This document shows, piece by piece, positions 10,678 to 24,008 of a DNA stretch of 64,000 nucleotides. The stretch is from NCBI GenBank assembly GCA_964019425.1, contig OZ025786.1, positions 992,001-1,056,000 of the forward strand, read 5' to 3'. The notes under the pieces were generated by a model. It saw only the letters and a list, made by a program, of their open reading frames with translations, was not told the DNA's origin and did no database searches. Both the position numbers and the translations under genes were made by a program. Position 1 is the stretch's first letter; every line of letters begins with the position of its first letter. Source of the DNA: Flectonema sp. DT1601. Taxonomy: Eukaryota.

Positions 10678-10924
10678 TTACCCTCAAAAAATAAAGTAAG
10701 AATTTTTTTGCCTGTTTTCTCCGCGCTCCCCTATCGTGAGTGAAAGTGCTCTGATACAACCTTACTGAATGAAATTATTTCATTTCGTTCAAAACAGAGG
10801 TGAATGATATTTTGAGCAAAAAAGATTCTTGCATAATATTATTTTTCTAAAAAAATATTTCTTTTACAGGACCTCCTGTACGGGAGGAAGAACCGTTTTT
10901 TTCCCCGAAAAAAACAAACAAAAA

Positions 10925-13900
10925 ATGACGTCCTTGTATGGTTCTGAACGAGTAAAAAAAAGAACAAATAGCACAGGTCCGATAGATGGAGGTATTCGAA
11001 GTGCGAGTATCAAGAAAACACCTTTGAATAGTAGATTAAAAAAAACGACTACAGCAGCAACAACAGCAACAACAACAGCAACAACAACATCCTCCGGAAG
11101 TAGGAGCAGATCGTTGCCAACATCAGGTGTGCCGAGTCCTAGAACTGGAAGGACGACCGTAAAACGGACTGGAGCATCTCCGAGAGTGGGTACTCCGAGA
11201 AAAGGTTCAGTTCCAGCATCTCAACAACATTTTAGAACCCAAGACGATGCGTGGAAAATACATCGAAACAGTTCTGGTCGAGTCTACTATTGGAATACCA
11301 TTTCAAGAGAGTCTCGTTGGACTTTACCAACTCCACTTCGAATGAATCAAAAATCAGAAACTGAACGAGCTGAGATCCAACTTCGTATTTCACAATCAAC
11401 ACCAGAAATGCACCACGCGGCATCAAAAATTCAGGGATTGGCATTAGTGAGAGCTGCCAAACTGGAAGTTTTAAGAAGAAAAAAAAATGCAAAATACAAC
11501 AAAGCCCTGGGGACAAGAGTTAGTACACCTTCGAAACCAACTCCTCCGAGTAAGGGTACATCTGTACCTCAGTCTTTTGGAAGGAGTCCTTCTAAACAAC
11601 GAACACAAAGTACTGATCATTTAAGTCGTAAGACAGGGAGAACTACAACTACACCACTTAAAAGAAATCATTCTGCAGGTCAACCTGTCGCCAGACAAAG
11701 TAGTTATGTCAGAAGGTTTTCAGGGCAATCATTGCCTAGGGGAACGAGTCCAGTTTCGGAAAAATTTCGGAGAAGTTCGACGCATTCTCACTCTCCACCA
11801 ATTAAAACGTCATCACCGAAAAGCTCATCGGCGAGCAACACTTTATTTAAAGACGTGTTTGGAGTGAAACGCTCAGCAAGTAGAGGACGGTCATCAAGTG
11901 CCAAAGGATCGACGTCACGGACACCAAGTGCACCGACAAGTGGAACTAGATCAGGTTCTCGAGTTAAGAGTCCCCGTAGATTATCAACTCCAAGACCAGA
12001 AACACCAACAACACTTGATGATCCAAGATACCAAGCTGGAGGATATTTATCAGTCGCAAGCGGTCATAAACTCGATAACTATGAGCTCTTATGTCAACTT
12101 GGAACTGGTCAGTCTGCTACTGTTTGGTTAGCAGCAGACACTACTCACAATAATACAACAAAGACAGCTGATCGTCGACACCCTCAACATAAGTATATTG
12201 CTATTAAAATAACACAGTGTAGTGAATCAGTCAGATGCTCTTCTCTACATGAAGTAGCACTACTATACTTCGTCGCTAATAAATCAACTGTTAGACAAAA
12301 GGGATTGGAAACTGGATCAGCTTTATTACTAAATCACTTTGAATATAAAGGCAAGCATGGTTCTCATGTCTGTATGGTCTTTGAAGTCCTGGGTCCGACT
12401 CTAGACGTTCTGATGTCACGAACAAACTTCAGAGGTCTTGGTGACCTTAACTTAATAGCTGACATCACTATAAGTATACTATTCGGATTGGATGAGTTAG
12501 CCTCTGTATGTTATTTTAAATGAGGATGAAAAAAAAAAAAAAAAAAAAGAAGAAGAAAAAAAATTATTGTCTTTGTAAAAACAAACAAACAAAACAGATG
12601 AACGTAGTTCACACGGACCTAAAACCTGAGAATATTATGTTCAGCAGGCCATCTGTCTCTGTTCGTAAAGCAATTGCTAAATACGAAAATTTAGATTCAA
12701 GCAAAATTACGGAGGTATGTGTTCTGTTGTCTTCTATACGATTAGTAGTATCGTTAATGTTAAGGAGAACCCCTGCAAGTGATTCTGATTCCAGTAACAC
12801 TTTTACTGACATCAAAACAACACAAAAACAGTCGTCAGATGATGAAAGACAAGTTAAGATTTCTGACTTTGGTCTATCTTATCTCCTCAGGCCTGAGAAT
12901 GATATTCAGCCAAGTGGAGAGAAGCTTTCGGCTTCAGACTTACAATTAATATACGCATCAAATTATACTAAAGTATGTCTTTATGAGTTGTTGTTGTTGT
13001 TGTTGTTGTTGTTGTTCATTTTATATAAATAACCAGTACTCAAACCCGTGCATACAAAATATTCAATTTTTTTACAAAAAAAAAAACAACAAAACATTGC
13101 AATACATGAGTACTAAGATTTTTTTATTTTTATTTTTATTTTGTTTTTTGTTTTTTTTGGTTGTGCACAAACGAAAACAAAAAGTGTAAATTATATAATA
13201 AGGTGCCGATTATTTTTTACCATTGTTATTTTGGTGTATTTTGGGCCACCAGGTGCCGTAACCCTTTTTACTTTACTTGTATAAAGTTATGAAAGCATTT
13301 TTTTATTTCATCAACGAGAGGAGAGATATTTTATATTAAAAAACAATATTTTAAATTATGTCATTACTGTCGTACATAAAAAAAAAAAAAAAAAAAAATT
13401 ACAAAAAAAAACAGGGAGCTGTCATTCAAACAAGAGAGTATCGAGCACCTGAAATAATTTTGGGAATGGATTTTAATACGAAAACAGACATCTGGTCTTT
13501 AGCTTGCATTGTTTATGAGTTGTTGACGGGTCAATTCTTATTTGATCCAAAAACTGTTGCTCATGTCATAGACGAGCAGACGATGGATTCTGAACACGTT
13601 TTAGAAATGATGAGCATTATGGGTACCCCAGGTGAAGACGTCAGTAAAGGAGACGGAGTGTACTTACATAAATTTTTTAACCCTGAAGGTGTATTTATAG
13701 GAGACCGTGTTAGTGATGTTGATGTTAAGAGAGTTGTTGAAAAAAGTATTCCTGCGGCATGTCCAGATCAAGAGATCGCTTCTCTCATAACTGATTTTAT
13801 TACATCAGCTCTAACCTGGGTACCTGGTGATCGATTAACGTCATCTGACTGTCTTAGTCATCCGTGGTTGCGTGAGAGGGTTGCTAAAACGTATTCTGGT

Positions 13901-14008
13901 CGAAAACCGTTGATCCCATCGACAAAGTCTTGGCCTCAGAAACCGACGAATGCCTTTCATCGAACCTCTCTCACTAACACTTACACCAGAATTAATGGAG
14001 CTGTGTAG
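10925..14008 (+). CDS. SRPK-like (CMGC) protein kinase with N-terminal WW and IQ-like motifs, 4 exons
   Basis: Exons 10925-12505, 12598-12714, 12832-12972, 13415-14008, all GTATGT..CAG and frame-consistent. Motifs LGTGQSATVWLA, IAIK, HVCMVFEVLG, HTDLKPEN, DFG, IQTREYRAPE, DIWSLAC. Confidence 0.88.
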
Positions 14009-15158
14009 ACTATTGTATTCCATTTGGTGTTTCTGAGTCAGGCTACTAAACGAAAACGACGATTATTCTGCGAAAAAAAGGAAAGTTCACGAAAAATGTT
14101 CTCCTAGACGGCACTTGTGTCAGGAATAGTCGCAATGAGTTATCTTTTATATTACTGGTCAATACTTCATGATCGTTTATTGTGTTGTTTTAAAAATATA
14201 TTTATTTTGGAAGCAGTTTATACGTGTTACCTTTTCACAGTTTTCATTATCAATGAAACTGCTTACAGAATACGGTTGAGAAAAGTGATTAGTTTTCCAC
14301 ATCGAAGTATTGCAATCTTGAAGAAGGTGCTGTCAAACTCGGGGAAAAAAAAAAAAAAAGAAGTAGAAAAAGAAGACTTCTTTCTGTTTTATTATTTTAG
14401 ATTTATGATTTTTTTTTTTTTTTTTTTTTTTTTATGTTAATTTCCTTTTTAACCATTGTGTTCTTTTATGTTTTTATTTTTCTTTCACTTTTTTTTTTCT
14501 TTTTCCCCCAACCACTTTTTTTTTTTTTTTTCTTTTTTTTTTTTGTTTTGATTGTTTTCTGCGAACGGTTGAGAACGATCGAATGTCTTTAAAAGTTGCG
14601 CAGCTAATTTTAATTCATTTTTTTTTTTAAAATTTATTTTTTTCATTCTTTTGAGAGGATTCTACTAACTACAGATGAGTGCGCTTACTGTTTCACTTAA
14701 CCTCTGATGGGTCTATTTATTTATTTATTTATTTTGTTATAATTATTATTAATAATTTCATAGCTTTATCAGCAAATGAACAATAATGTCATGGATTGAG
14801 ATTTTATTCAAAAATAAAAAAAATAAAAAAAAATAGAAATTTATTAACAAAGACCTAACAGGGACGAGTAGAACAAGAATAAGGCTCCTGAAACTATGTA
14901 TTCCACTGTGTTAAATAGAACAGAACGCATTTTTTTTTACCCCCCCTTTTTTTTTCTTCTGTTATTCTTTTTGATATGGTGCCATTATTTTTAATGAATT
15001 CTTATTTTATTCAAAAAAAAAAAAAAAAAAAAAAAAAAAAACACTTTTTGAGGCATTCTGTTATCAAAATAGGTTCAGCCCTTTGCCGGTGCTGCAGTTT
15101 AAAAAAAGAGAGAAAGATTATTGACAATAACTGGTAAAATCAGAAATCCTTTTTGTGG

Positions 15159-15193
<35 letters not shown>

Positions 15194-15762
15194 ATTCAGA
15201 TTAGGCCTTATATTTTGTTGATCGCAGACAGTATTGGCGCACAGGGAAAATAGATAATAATTATGATAAAATATAAACGGCTCGCTTCTTAATCTGAAAT
15301 AGTTTCCTCTCCGACTTTGTCGGTGCAACAACAACAAAAAAAAAACAATGAATGGGAGCTGTGCAATTCAGAGAAAAGGCTTTACTAAGGTGTTTGGTTG
15401 TTAACCTGTTTTTTTTTTCCCACCCCTTTCTGCGATTTTTTTTTCTTCCCCTTCCCAGTTTATTTTCCTCTTTGCCTACTGTTCTGTTGTATTCGAGCCC
15501 AACTTCATAATAATAGTTGTGAAAAAAACTTGTTTTATTTAGTTAATTTGTTCCTTCTTAGTTGTCCGAGTTTTTTTTTTTTTTTTTTTTTTTTTTGAGA
15601 AGGTTATCAAAAACAACGTCAATAATATGAGTTCGTCGTGATCGAGATGGGCAATGAAGCTGATTATGGTTCTCGTTAAATGTTTATAACAGGTTACTTG
15701 TTGTATTATTTTATTTCACATCCCTCAACAGGATCTTGGAGATACACTTTAAGGATAATATT

Positions 15763-17092
15763 ATGTCTTCGAATTCGGATTCAGGACCTTATTTAGAAAT
15801 TAAGAAAGGATTAGAATTAAATGGCTACAGCATGATTGAATTTCTAGGAGATGGAACGTCAGCATCGGTGTGGTTGGCTCTCGACACCCACACAGATATC
15901 GGCGATGAAGGTCGCTGGGTCGCAATCAAAATAATGAGGTCTTCTGAGAGTCTCTCTCCTGCTGCTCTTCACGAAGCTGCTTTAAATGATTTTATATCCA
16001 GAAAATCATCAGTAATTGCGCGCAAGTTCGAATCCGGGTCAGCGCATCATATGAGTCATTTTTATCACAAAACTGACAACGGAATTCATGTCTGCATGGT
16101 GATGCAGTTGTTAGGACAACCTCTTGATGTCCTCATGCAACAATATAATTATAAAGGAATCCCTGACGTGTCGTACGTCGCAAATATTGTAATCAGTTTG
16201 TTGTACGCACTCGACGAATTGAAATCGGTATGTCGCACATTCGGTACCTTTCTGATAGTTGTGAAAAAAAAAACAAAAAAATAAAAAATAAAAACAGCTT
16301 AATATCGCACATACTGATTTGAAACCTGAAAATATTCTTCTTCGAGACTGTTCTCGTGAAGTAGCGAAGGTTATATTAGAAAAAGACGGAGTAATGCCGT
16401 CGGATATGAAAACGACATCACCCAGTGCCTGTATAAAGATTTCTGATTTTGGTTTGTCGTTTTTGTTAAAACCGGAAAATGGATTTCATTTAAGTGGAGA
16501 ACCACTAAGCAGACGAGATCTTAAACTCATAGACTCTTGTGGATATGAGAAGGGGGCTTTAATTCAAACAAGAGAATATCGAGCACCAGAAATCATCGTG
16601 GGATCGGATTTCGGTACGGAATCTGACATTTGGTCAGTTGGATGTATTTGTTATGAATTGCTAACGGGAAGCTTTCTCTTCGATCCAAAAACTGCTTCAG
16701 GTATTACAGATGAGACATCTATTGACATTGAGCATCTGTGTAGGATCACAGCTATTGTTGGTGAGGCAAGTTGTCCTGAAATTATCAGTCAAGGGATTTG
16801 CTCGAAAAAGTTTTTTCCAAATGGTAGATTTACACCACCAGTAACAGATCAGGATAGAATGACGCTTCCTGAATTTCAGAAACAGATATTAAAAGTAGTT
16901 CCTGATCCAGTTGAAAGTTTAAAAATATCAAATTTTATTTTGTCGTGTCTTTCTTGGAATCCAACTGACAGACCGACTCCTGCTGATCTTCTATCCCATC
17001 CTTGGTTATTAAAACAGGTTTCTGAAGTATGTGGTGATCGAGAACCTATGTTCCTTCCTCAACGAGATTGGGATCCTACTTGCAGGTTGTAA
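15763..17092 (+). CDS. Second SRPK-like kinase (tandem paralog), 2 exons
   Basis: Exons 15763-16227 and 16298-17092. Splicing restores DELKS|LNIAHTDLKPEN. Also ISDFGLS, IQTREYRAPE, DIWSVGC. Confidence 0.88.
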
Positions 17093-17657
17093 TCCTTTTT
17101 TACGATATTTGTTCTTCATCTTTGCTTCAAGAGCATTAATTACGATAATAGTCATTGCTGGAGTTTTCTATTTTTGAACTCCAATTGTTGGCAGCTCCTG
17201 TTTGATGATCGAGAACCTCAACAAGCCTGCGATGCTACGTCTCTCTCCTCTAAAAGTATCGTAGTGTGGTAAAGGATGTTGGGGTCTGAATTTGTTCAAT
17301 TCTCGAGGAATGGAACTGCCTGATAGATATTTTGTTTCTTTTCTTCCAGAAACGTATTTAAGGGTTCCCGTGCCCGATAGCATCTCCTCTTGCATTTGTT
17401 TGTCGTGAGGATGTGTTGATTTTTTATTATTTTTTATTATTTTTTGGCTCACAGTTTTGTGTGCAAGAACTCCTATACCGAAATTATTACCATGAGGAAA
17501 GGTCCACAAACATGTTTTTTTTCAGAATTTACCTAACTTCTTCATGGTGAATAATTCCTGACTGGAGCGATGTTATTTTTCCCAGCTAACCCTCCTCCGA
17601 ATGTATAAAATATTTATTTTGATTGAACGTTTTAAGGAAGATGAGATATCATTCAGT

Positions 17658-17688
<31 letters not shown>

Positions 17689-19256
17689 AAATAAGTTCCT
17701 TCATTTTAATTTATCTTTTAACCTCATATCATTCAACTTCTGATAACAATCGGACAAGGTAGAAAGCTGACAATAATGGCGTGTTCAGTATGTCCTGTCA
17801 GCCTAAGCTATCTCATTACAGTCCTGAGATTGGGTCTACTTACGTTGCTGTTGTCTCGTAGCTCTTTTGGAGTTAGCGAGATGCTCTCATTAGTTTGCTG
17901 AAAACGTAAAGTAGTAGGCTTCCTTATCTATATATCTTCTTACAGATGTGCGTACTGTGTGAACTTTTCGAGCGATTTTTTTTTATTATAAAAAATCTTC
18001 CGTCGTCAGCCCAGACTAGCTGACTGCTACTAAACGATAAATTTATTGAAAAGGTTTTGAAGAACCGATTTTCCTGTAGTGGATTGGGCTCGCGAGCTAC
18101 CAAGTGTGTCCTTTCTATTTTTTTTTTTTTTTTTGCGAATTATAATTTATAATTTTATATTTCCCTCTTTTAGACCAAAAAAAAAAAAAAAAAAAGAAGT
18201 ATCAAATTTCCCTTTCGTTGAGAGTATTTTCAACACATTCATTTATGGGTGTGAAACATGATGTGCTTTCTTTGTTTGCTACATTTTTCTTTTTTTTTTT
18301 TTTTGGCTCCCTTTTATATAAGTCTGTTTTGTCTGTTCTGTTTTTTTTTTTTATAATGATCGCGTTTTTCATTATGTTTTTTCCCATCTTTTTGTTTCCA
18401 AGAGACCGGCTGCGTGTTTTTTCGTGCAGCAGCTTTCTCTTTGTTTACTGAAATCAGATTTTTTCTGTCCGTATTATCGTATTTTGGTAAAGAATTAGCT
18501 TTTTGTTTGTCAGCTGCATCCACCCTAGCAAGTAGGGTTACGTGTAAAGCAAACACAAATTAATTTTCTTTTCAAATTTTTCTATTCCTTTTCGTCTGGC
18601 TTATGTTTTATTTATATATTGTTCGCAGAGGCAGTGTTGGTTTGAGGTGTGAAAATACTGTCAGCTTTTTTTTTCTTCTTTTTTTTTTTTCCTTTTCTTT
18701 GTTTCTTCTTTTTTCCCATAAAAGAGAACCCTCTTAGGAGAAAAAAAGGACAAAAAGAAAATAAAAAAATAAAAAAACACGAATCTCGTTTCCTCGCTCC
18801 TTTTAATATTTTCGTTCGTTCGTTTTTTTTTTTTTTTCCCCCCCTTCCTTGAAATCTTACTGACAGTCTACCCGCCGGATGGGTTCAGAAACAAATGTCG
18901 ATAAATTCTTTTTATTGTTAACTTGCGGATTGTCTTTTTTTCTTTTATTTTTTTTTTATCCCCATCTCGAAGACATGTGCGAAAGAGAATGTACCAGGCT
19001 TTCTTCTGTTCGATTAGCGCACAAATAAAAAAAAAACTAAATCGGTTTTCCTATTCCTCGACGCACTTCATTAATTTAAATTATCTCATCACGTCGAGTT
19101 CCAATGAGCCGCATGTGTGTTTGAGAATTTATTTTATTTCGGTTTTTTCAGGGTTTACAGATTTGACAGAGGTGCTCAGCTATGTTAACTTCAATTAAAA
19201 AAAAAAACAAAAACAAATCAATTTACCCTCTCGTTGATAACAGGTATGAAAAGAAT

Positions 19257-22200
19257 ATGACGGTCAGTACGGATATCATCGGTCTTACTGCAGAAGGAAG
19301 ACTGTCCGTGTTGCGGAATAAAATTGGAAATAAAAATATTGAATTGGAATCAGCCGTCCAAGCACGACAATTAAATGATGAGTTGAGAATCAGAAAAGAA
19401 TTAACAGCACTTCACCGATCTGTGAGTTGGGCATCGTTATCAGCTTTCAGAGATAAGGCGACGGAGTTATTCAGATATGAGAAGTTTGGTAGAGTTGAGA
19501 TTAGTAAGAAAGAAGACAATCAAGTCATTCAACTCCATCGTCTTCATCCAACTTATCACATTAGGGTCATCTCATCTGCGAACACTCTCATTATTGCTTC
19601 TGGTGTTGTTGCCTGTCTGACAACCGCAAAACATTTGTTGCTTCCATTTCCTTTAAATACTACCGCCGTGCTTAACAAATCTTATAACCCGTCTATTTCT
19701 AGTCAAAATGTTCAACCGAAGAAAGTTGCCTCAAACAATACTAATTCATCCCTGGATCGGTTGGTTGACAAATTTAATTATCAGCGTAAGACTCGTAGTG
19801 AAGTCAGTCAGTCAATTGGTAGTCAGCTGTGTGATGACTCCTCAGTAACAAATAATTCAACTAAATTGCCTGACTCTCAGCGACCATCTCATAAAGGTAC
19901 TCACTTACCAGTACACATCCAAGAGTATCATCATAATAATAATAATAATAATAATTCATCTTTGAATCAGCGACAGTCGACATCAGCAAATAATTCATCA
20001 AAACCGTCTCTGGAACAGATTATTAACGGTCTTGACTCTCAGAGACGATCTCGTCTTGAAGTCAGTCAGTCAATTACTACTACACAGATTGATTCGATTG
20101 ATGTGCGCGATAGTAGTGGAGTTACACCTCTTGAAAAACTTATTAATAATCTTGACAATCAGCGTAAGTCAAGAAGTGATATCGGTAGCTCTGTCTGCAG
20201 CCAATCCATTGATCAGAATACTTCACAAAAGGAAGTTAAATCAACAGCGTTTGATGATCTCATTAATAAATCTGACATTCAGCGACTCTCAAGGATTGCT
20301 ACGATTGGCACTGGGACCACTACTGAGTTATTAGTTTCACGGTTTTGTGATCAGCAAGCATCTAGATTTACTGTCGCTGAAGAAGTTATTTCAAGTTTGG
20401 TTTCCGAACTTAGATTTGTAACCCAGTTAGATTCCGGTTCGATTGAAAAAAATGCAAAAAAAACTGATGAGGTAGTGAATTCTTTATGCAACCAGCAGGC
20501 GGAAAGATTTTCTGTGGCTGTGGATGTGGTGTCGAATTTGGTTAAAGAATTACAGTTTGTGATGCCTCTGAAGAGTAAGCGATCAGACAGCTGTAGCAAT
20601 AAAGCATCTCCACTGCGAGCATCTAAAGAAGAACTCGCAGCCCGTGACAGCGTCATAAAGAGGTTTAATTCATACAACGAGATTTCTGATTTAAATAATA
20701 AAACTAACGATGGCAGTCATATACCTTGTTCACTGTCAGACATTAGATCAGTGCAGTCTTTGGAAATTAAATCAAATTCAAGTATTGTGAGGAGGATTAG
20801 TTCACGTAAACAACCATCGTTTAGTACGAAGGTAGCCTTACCAATTAAGAAAAGAAGTCAAGAGAAAGCTATTCCTGCAGTGAGAGACTCCACCATCAGA
20901 TGTCGTTCTTCATCACCACTGAGAGCATCTGAGGCGGAGTTGCGAGCTCATGATAGTTTACTACTGAGATTCACATCAGGTAGTGGAAGGATGTCACCAA
21001 CGATGCTCAGAATGTCTGATATTCAATCAGTCGATACGTCTCAAGATATTCTAACTGAAAGTAGTTTGTTATCTTATTCAGACGGAAGACAATCACCTCA
21101 ATTTGATGCTTGCTGTAAACATTTCATGGACGACGGCATTTATGAAAAACTGATATTAAATTTCGACCAACAATTCAAACTCTTACTAGATACGTCTGTT
21201 GTAATAATAAATAATGGAATCAATCAGGCCTTACATACAAATGAGTCATCTTTTGGTCATAAATTTCTCCATCAACGAAGTAATCGTAGAGTCGCAGCAA
21301 GTAATCTGGTCCAAAATGTCTTGCGTACTGCGACCATTACTGCTGCTGAACGAATTACTTTGGGAACAATGGTCACTAACAAAGTGAATAATTCGTGTCT
21401 AAATTCAAAAAATGTGAAAAAAATATCAAAACACACGTCGTTTGCACTGCCTCCACAGGTTATTTTCGACGATGAAGGGGAATTCTCAAGGAGAGATAGA
21501 GAACTTCTGTGTCTTCAGAATGATTTAACGAACCATTTTAGAAATAGGAAAACCATATCTGCTGGACTAGTTGCTGAAGTGTTGTTGAAGATCATCGTTG
21601 AGAAGTATAAATCAACTGACTGTAGAAGAGCTTTGATTACTAATTATGGAGGACAAGAAACACCTCCAGGATTATCACCAGAGTATGAGAGTCCATTAAC
21701 AACTAAAGAACAACTTACTGAAAGCCCTCTTCGAGTATTTACTACTGCGGAAGGTTGGAATGCCGTCGGTGATACGGAACCACCAAACCTGATCGGATGT
21801 GGAACCGACGACAGCTCTGGTGGTGTTGTTGTTGTTGGAGTCTGTCACCCAAGAGATAAAGTATCATTATCACATGTGTCAGAGCTGTACAATGATGGCT
21901 CTCTTGATTACACTGATGAAATGTCACTTATGAAAAAATCAGAATCCCATGCTCGAAACGACATCGATATAAATGAAATATTTAAAAGGAGGAAATTAAA
22001 CTCATTATTCCTACTACCAGAACGTAGAAAACCACAACCAGGACCACCACCTGTTTCTATTCTTAGTCCATTAGAACAAAGGATGGGTGATGGCAGTGTT
22101 TGCTTTTCTGGTAACTTATCTGGGTTCGTCCCTCATAAAGTCGCAGTTATTTCTTCAATTTCAATTCTTTCTCTTGTGGTTGCTGTGAGGATTTCTTCAT

Positions 22201-22334
22201 CTGAACTACTGCTGGTTGTGCCGAAGAAATCAAAACTGCAACCGATATTCTCACCTGGGTCGTATCCTCAGACGTACTTTCCAACATTACGTGCGGCTGA
22301 TGCTTCTTCGTCACCTGCTGACGAGAAAATATAA
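19257..22334 (+). CDS. Large Ser/Asn-rich hypothetical protein with internal repeats
   Basis: Uninterrupted ORF of ~1025 codons from the ATG at 19257, after an AG at 19243. No recognised family. Confidence 0.75.
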   Translation: MTVSTDIIGLTAEGRLSVLRNKIGNKNIELESAVQARQLNDELRIRKELTALHRSVSWASLSAFRDKATELFRYEKFGRVEISKKEDNQVIQLHRLHPTYHIRVISSANTLIIASGVVACLTTAKHLLLPFPLNTTAVLNKSYNPSISSQNVQPKKVASNNTNSSLDRLVDKFNYQRKTRSEVSQSIGSQLCDDSSVTNNSTKLPDSQRPSHKGTHLPVHIQEYHHNNNNNNNSSLNQRQSTSANNSSKPSLEQIINGLDSQRRSRLEVSQSITTTQIDSIDVRDSSGVTPLEKLINNLDNQRKSRSDIGSSVCSQSIDQNTSQKEVKSTAFDDLINKSDIQRLSRIATIGTGTTTELLVSRFCDQQASRFTVAEEVISSLVSELRFVTQLDSGSIEKNAKKTDEVVNSLCNQQAERFSVAVDVVSNLVKELQFVMPLKSKRSDSCSNKASPLRASKEELAARDSVIKRFNSYNEISDLNNKTNDGSHIPCSLSDIRSVQSLEIKSNSSIVRRISSRKQPSFSTKVALPIKKRSQEKAIPAVRDSTIRCRSSSPLRASEAELRAHDSLLLRFTSGSGRMSPTMLRMSDIQSVDTSQDILTESSLLSYSDGRQSPQFDACCKHFMDDGIYEKLILNFDQQFKLLLDTSVVIINNGINQALHTNESSFGHKFLHQRSNRRVAASNLVQNVLRTATITAAERITLGTMVTNKVNNSCLNSKNVKKISKHTSFALPPQVIFDDEGEFSRRDRELLCLQNDLTNHFRNRKTISAGLVAEVLLKIIVEKYKSTDCRRALITNYGGQETPPGLSPEYESPLTTKEQLTESPLRVFTTAEGWNAVGDTEPPNLIGCGTDDSSGGVVVVGVCHPRDKVSLSHVSELYNDGSLDYTDEMSLMKKSESHARNDIDINEIFKRRKLNSLFLLPERRKPQPGPPPVSILSPLEQRMGDGSVCFSGNLSGFVPHKVAVISSISILSLVVAVRISSSELLLVVPKKSKLQPIFSPGSYPQTYFPTLRAADASSSPADEKI

Positions 22335-23977
22335 CATAAATACACCAAATGGGTGAACCCTTTCAATTCATAACAATCACCTATCCCGTTAGTGGTAGGG
22401 GCAGAAGGTTGTATTTCTATCGTCCTTTTTTTAATTATATAAATATTTGGTGTCATTCATCACAACTAAAAGCAGTCCAGTCATGTATAAGTCTTCTTGA
22501 TGAATATGGTGATGTAATGTCCACTTTTCACTCCTTTATTGTAATTTGTCTATCTTTTTTTTTTTTTTTTTTTTAAAAAAAGAAAAAATAAATTAACTGG
22601 AATATAACTATATCATAGTAGTGGAAAAGGAATTTACCTTCAGATCAGATCAGATCAGATCAGAAAGAAATTGGGAAAATTTTTGAAAAAAAAAAAAAAA
22701 ACTTTTTTGTCCTCACTGACCGAATTATTATTCTCTTTAGATTAGATTATTCTGTTTTTATTTATTTTTTATTTTTTGCTCCGACAAAGTGTCTGAGAAG
22801 AAACCATCAAATAAAATAAAATGCTAATCTGAATATAAGTTTTTTTTTTTCCCCCCTCCTCCTCCATTTTTTTAAAAAAAAAAAAAATTTATTTATTTAT
22901 TGACAAGTAGTTAAATAGGCGAAAACCTGCACTCTGCCGTATTCCATTATTCATCTGGTTTTGGATTCCCAGGCGCTCACTACTATTTCAGTAATTGAAT
23001 AACTCAATTCGTGTGCAGAGTGTTTACTTATATTAACATTACATTTAGTCAACGTGTATCATAAGTTATCTCTGATACTATACAGATATTTATGTCAAAC
23101 AGTTCAACTCTATTTCATTCATAAAGCCCCTCCATCTTCTTTTCATATCTCACAGGGTTGCTTTCTTTATTTTATTTTCTTTCTTTCTTCTCTCCTTTAT
23201 TACGATTCGAGTAGAGAAATCTGATTATGGCCCTCTGTCATTAACCGGTACGTATTTATTCAAATTGAAGTAAGTTAGACAATTTAAGTTGAGTTTTCGG
23301 GAGTGGTTGGGAATTGAATTACCCTCCTAGAGCACTCTAAGACTGACTAATTCATTAGATTACGTAGTGATGTGGAGGAGGAGGAGGAGGAGGGTACTTG
23401 AGATTTACACCACCACCTACTCTGTGACTGGATCTTATGTCGGGAGTGAGTATTCTTTTTTTTTTTTATTATTTTCCTTTCCTTTTTTTTAAAGTCAAAA
23501 TGTCTCATGACCTTACTAACGTTTTATATATTATTGGTTAACCTTTTTTTTGCAATCTGCATATTTATATCATCATCGGATATGTTATTAAACATTTAGC
23601 CGCCACAGAGTCCGTTTGTTATTATTATTTTTGTTCATCTGTTATATAGAGCAAACTAATTTCTTTTTGTATGAGGAAGACAAGCATTAAATTAACTTCA
23701 CAATCTGGAAATAGTCTTCGCAAGCCAGTGATGACCCTCCCAGATGAAGAGGGAATCTCTATCTAATTAAATGTGATTTGAGTGAGGTTAGGAACCTTCC
23801 TAATCTTTATGGTATCTTTGTGTTCCCAAAAAGGTGGTTGAATGTATTATTTTTTCCCCTTCAACTCTGTGTCTGTATAAAAAGGCTTCTGTTACCTTAT
23901 TTTTTTCCCCCCCTTCTTAAGTTTTGTTTTGTAGTTTTGCGGTGCGTTATGAAATTATAATAAATTATACAATTCTT

Positions 23978-24008
<31 letters not shown>

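Noticed and set aside
10242..10759. Short poly-Phe/poly-Lys ORFs here and in most spacers
   Set aside because: Produced by poly(T)/poly(A) tracts; no protein-like content.
17168..17509. 113-aa minus-strand ORF
   Set aside because: Non-ATG start, no motifs, antisense to the probable kinase 3'UTR.
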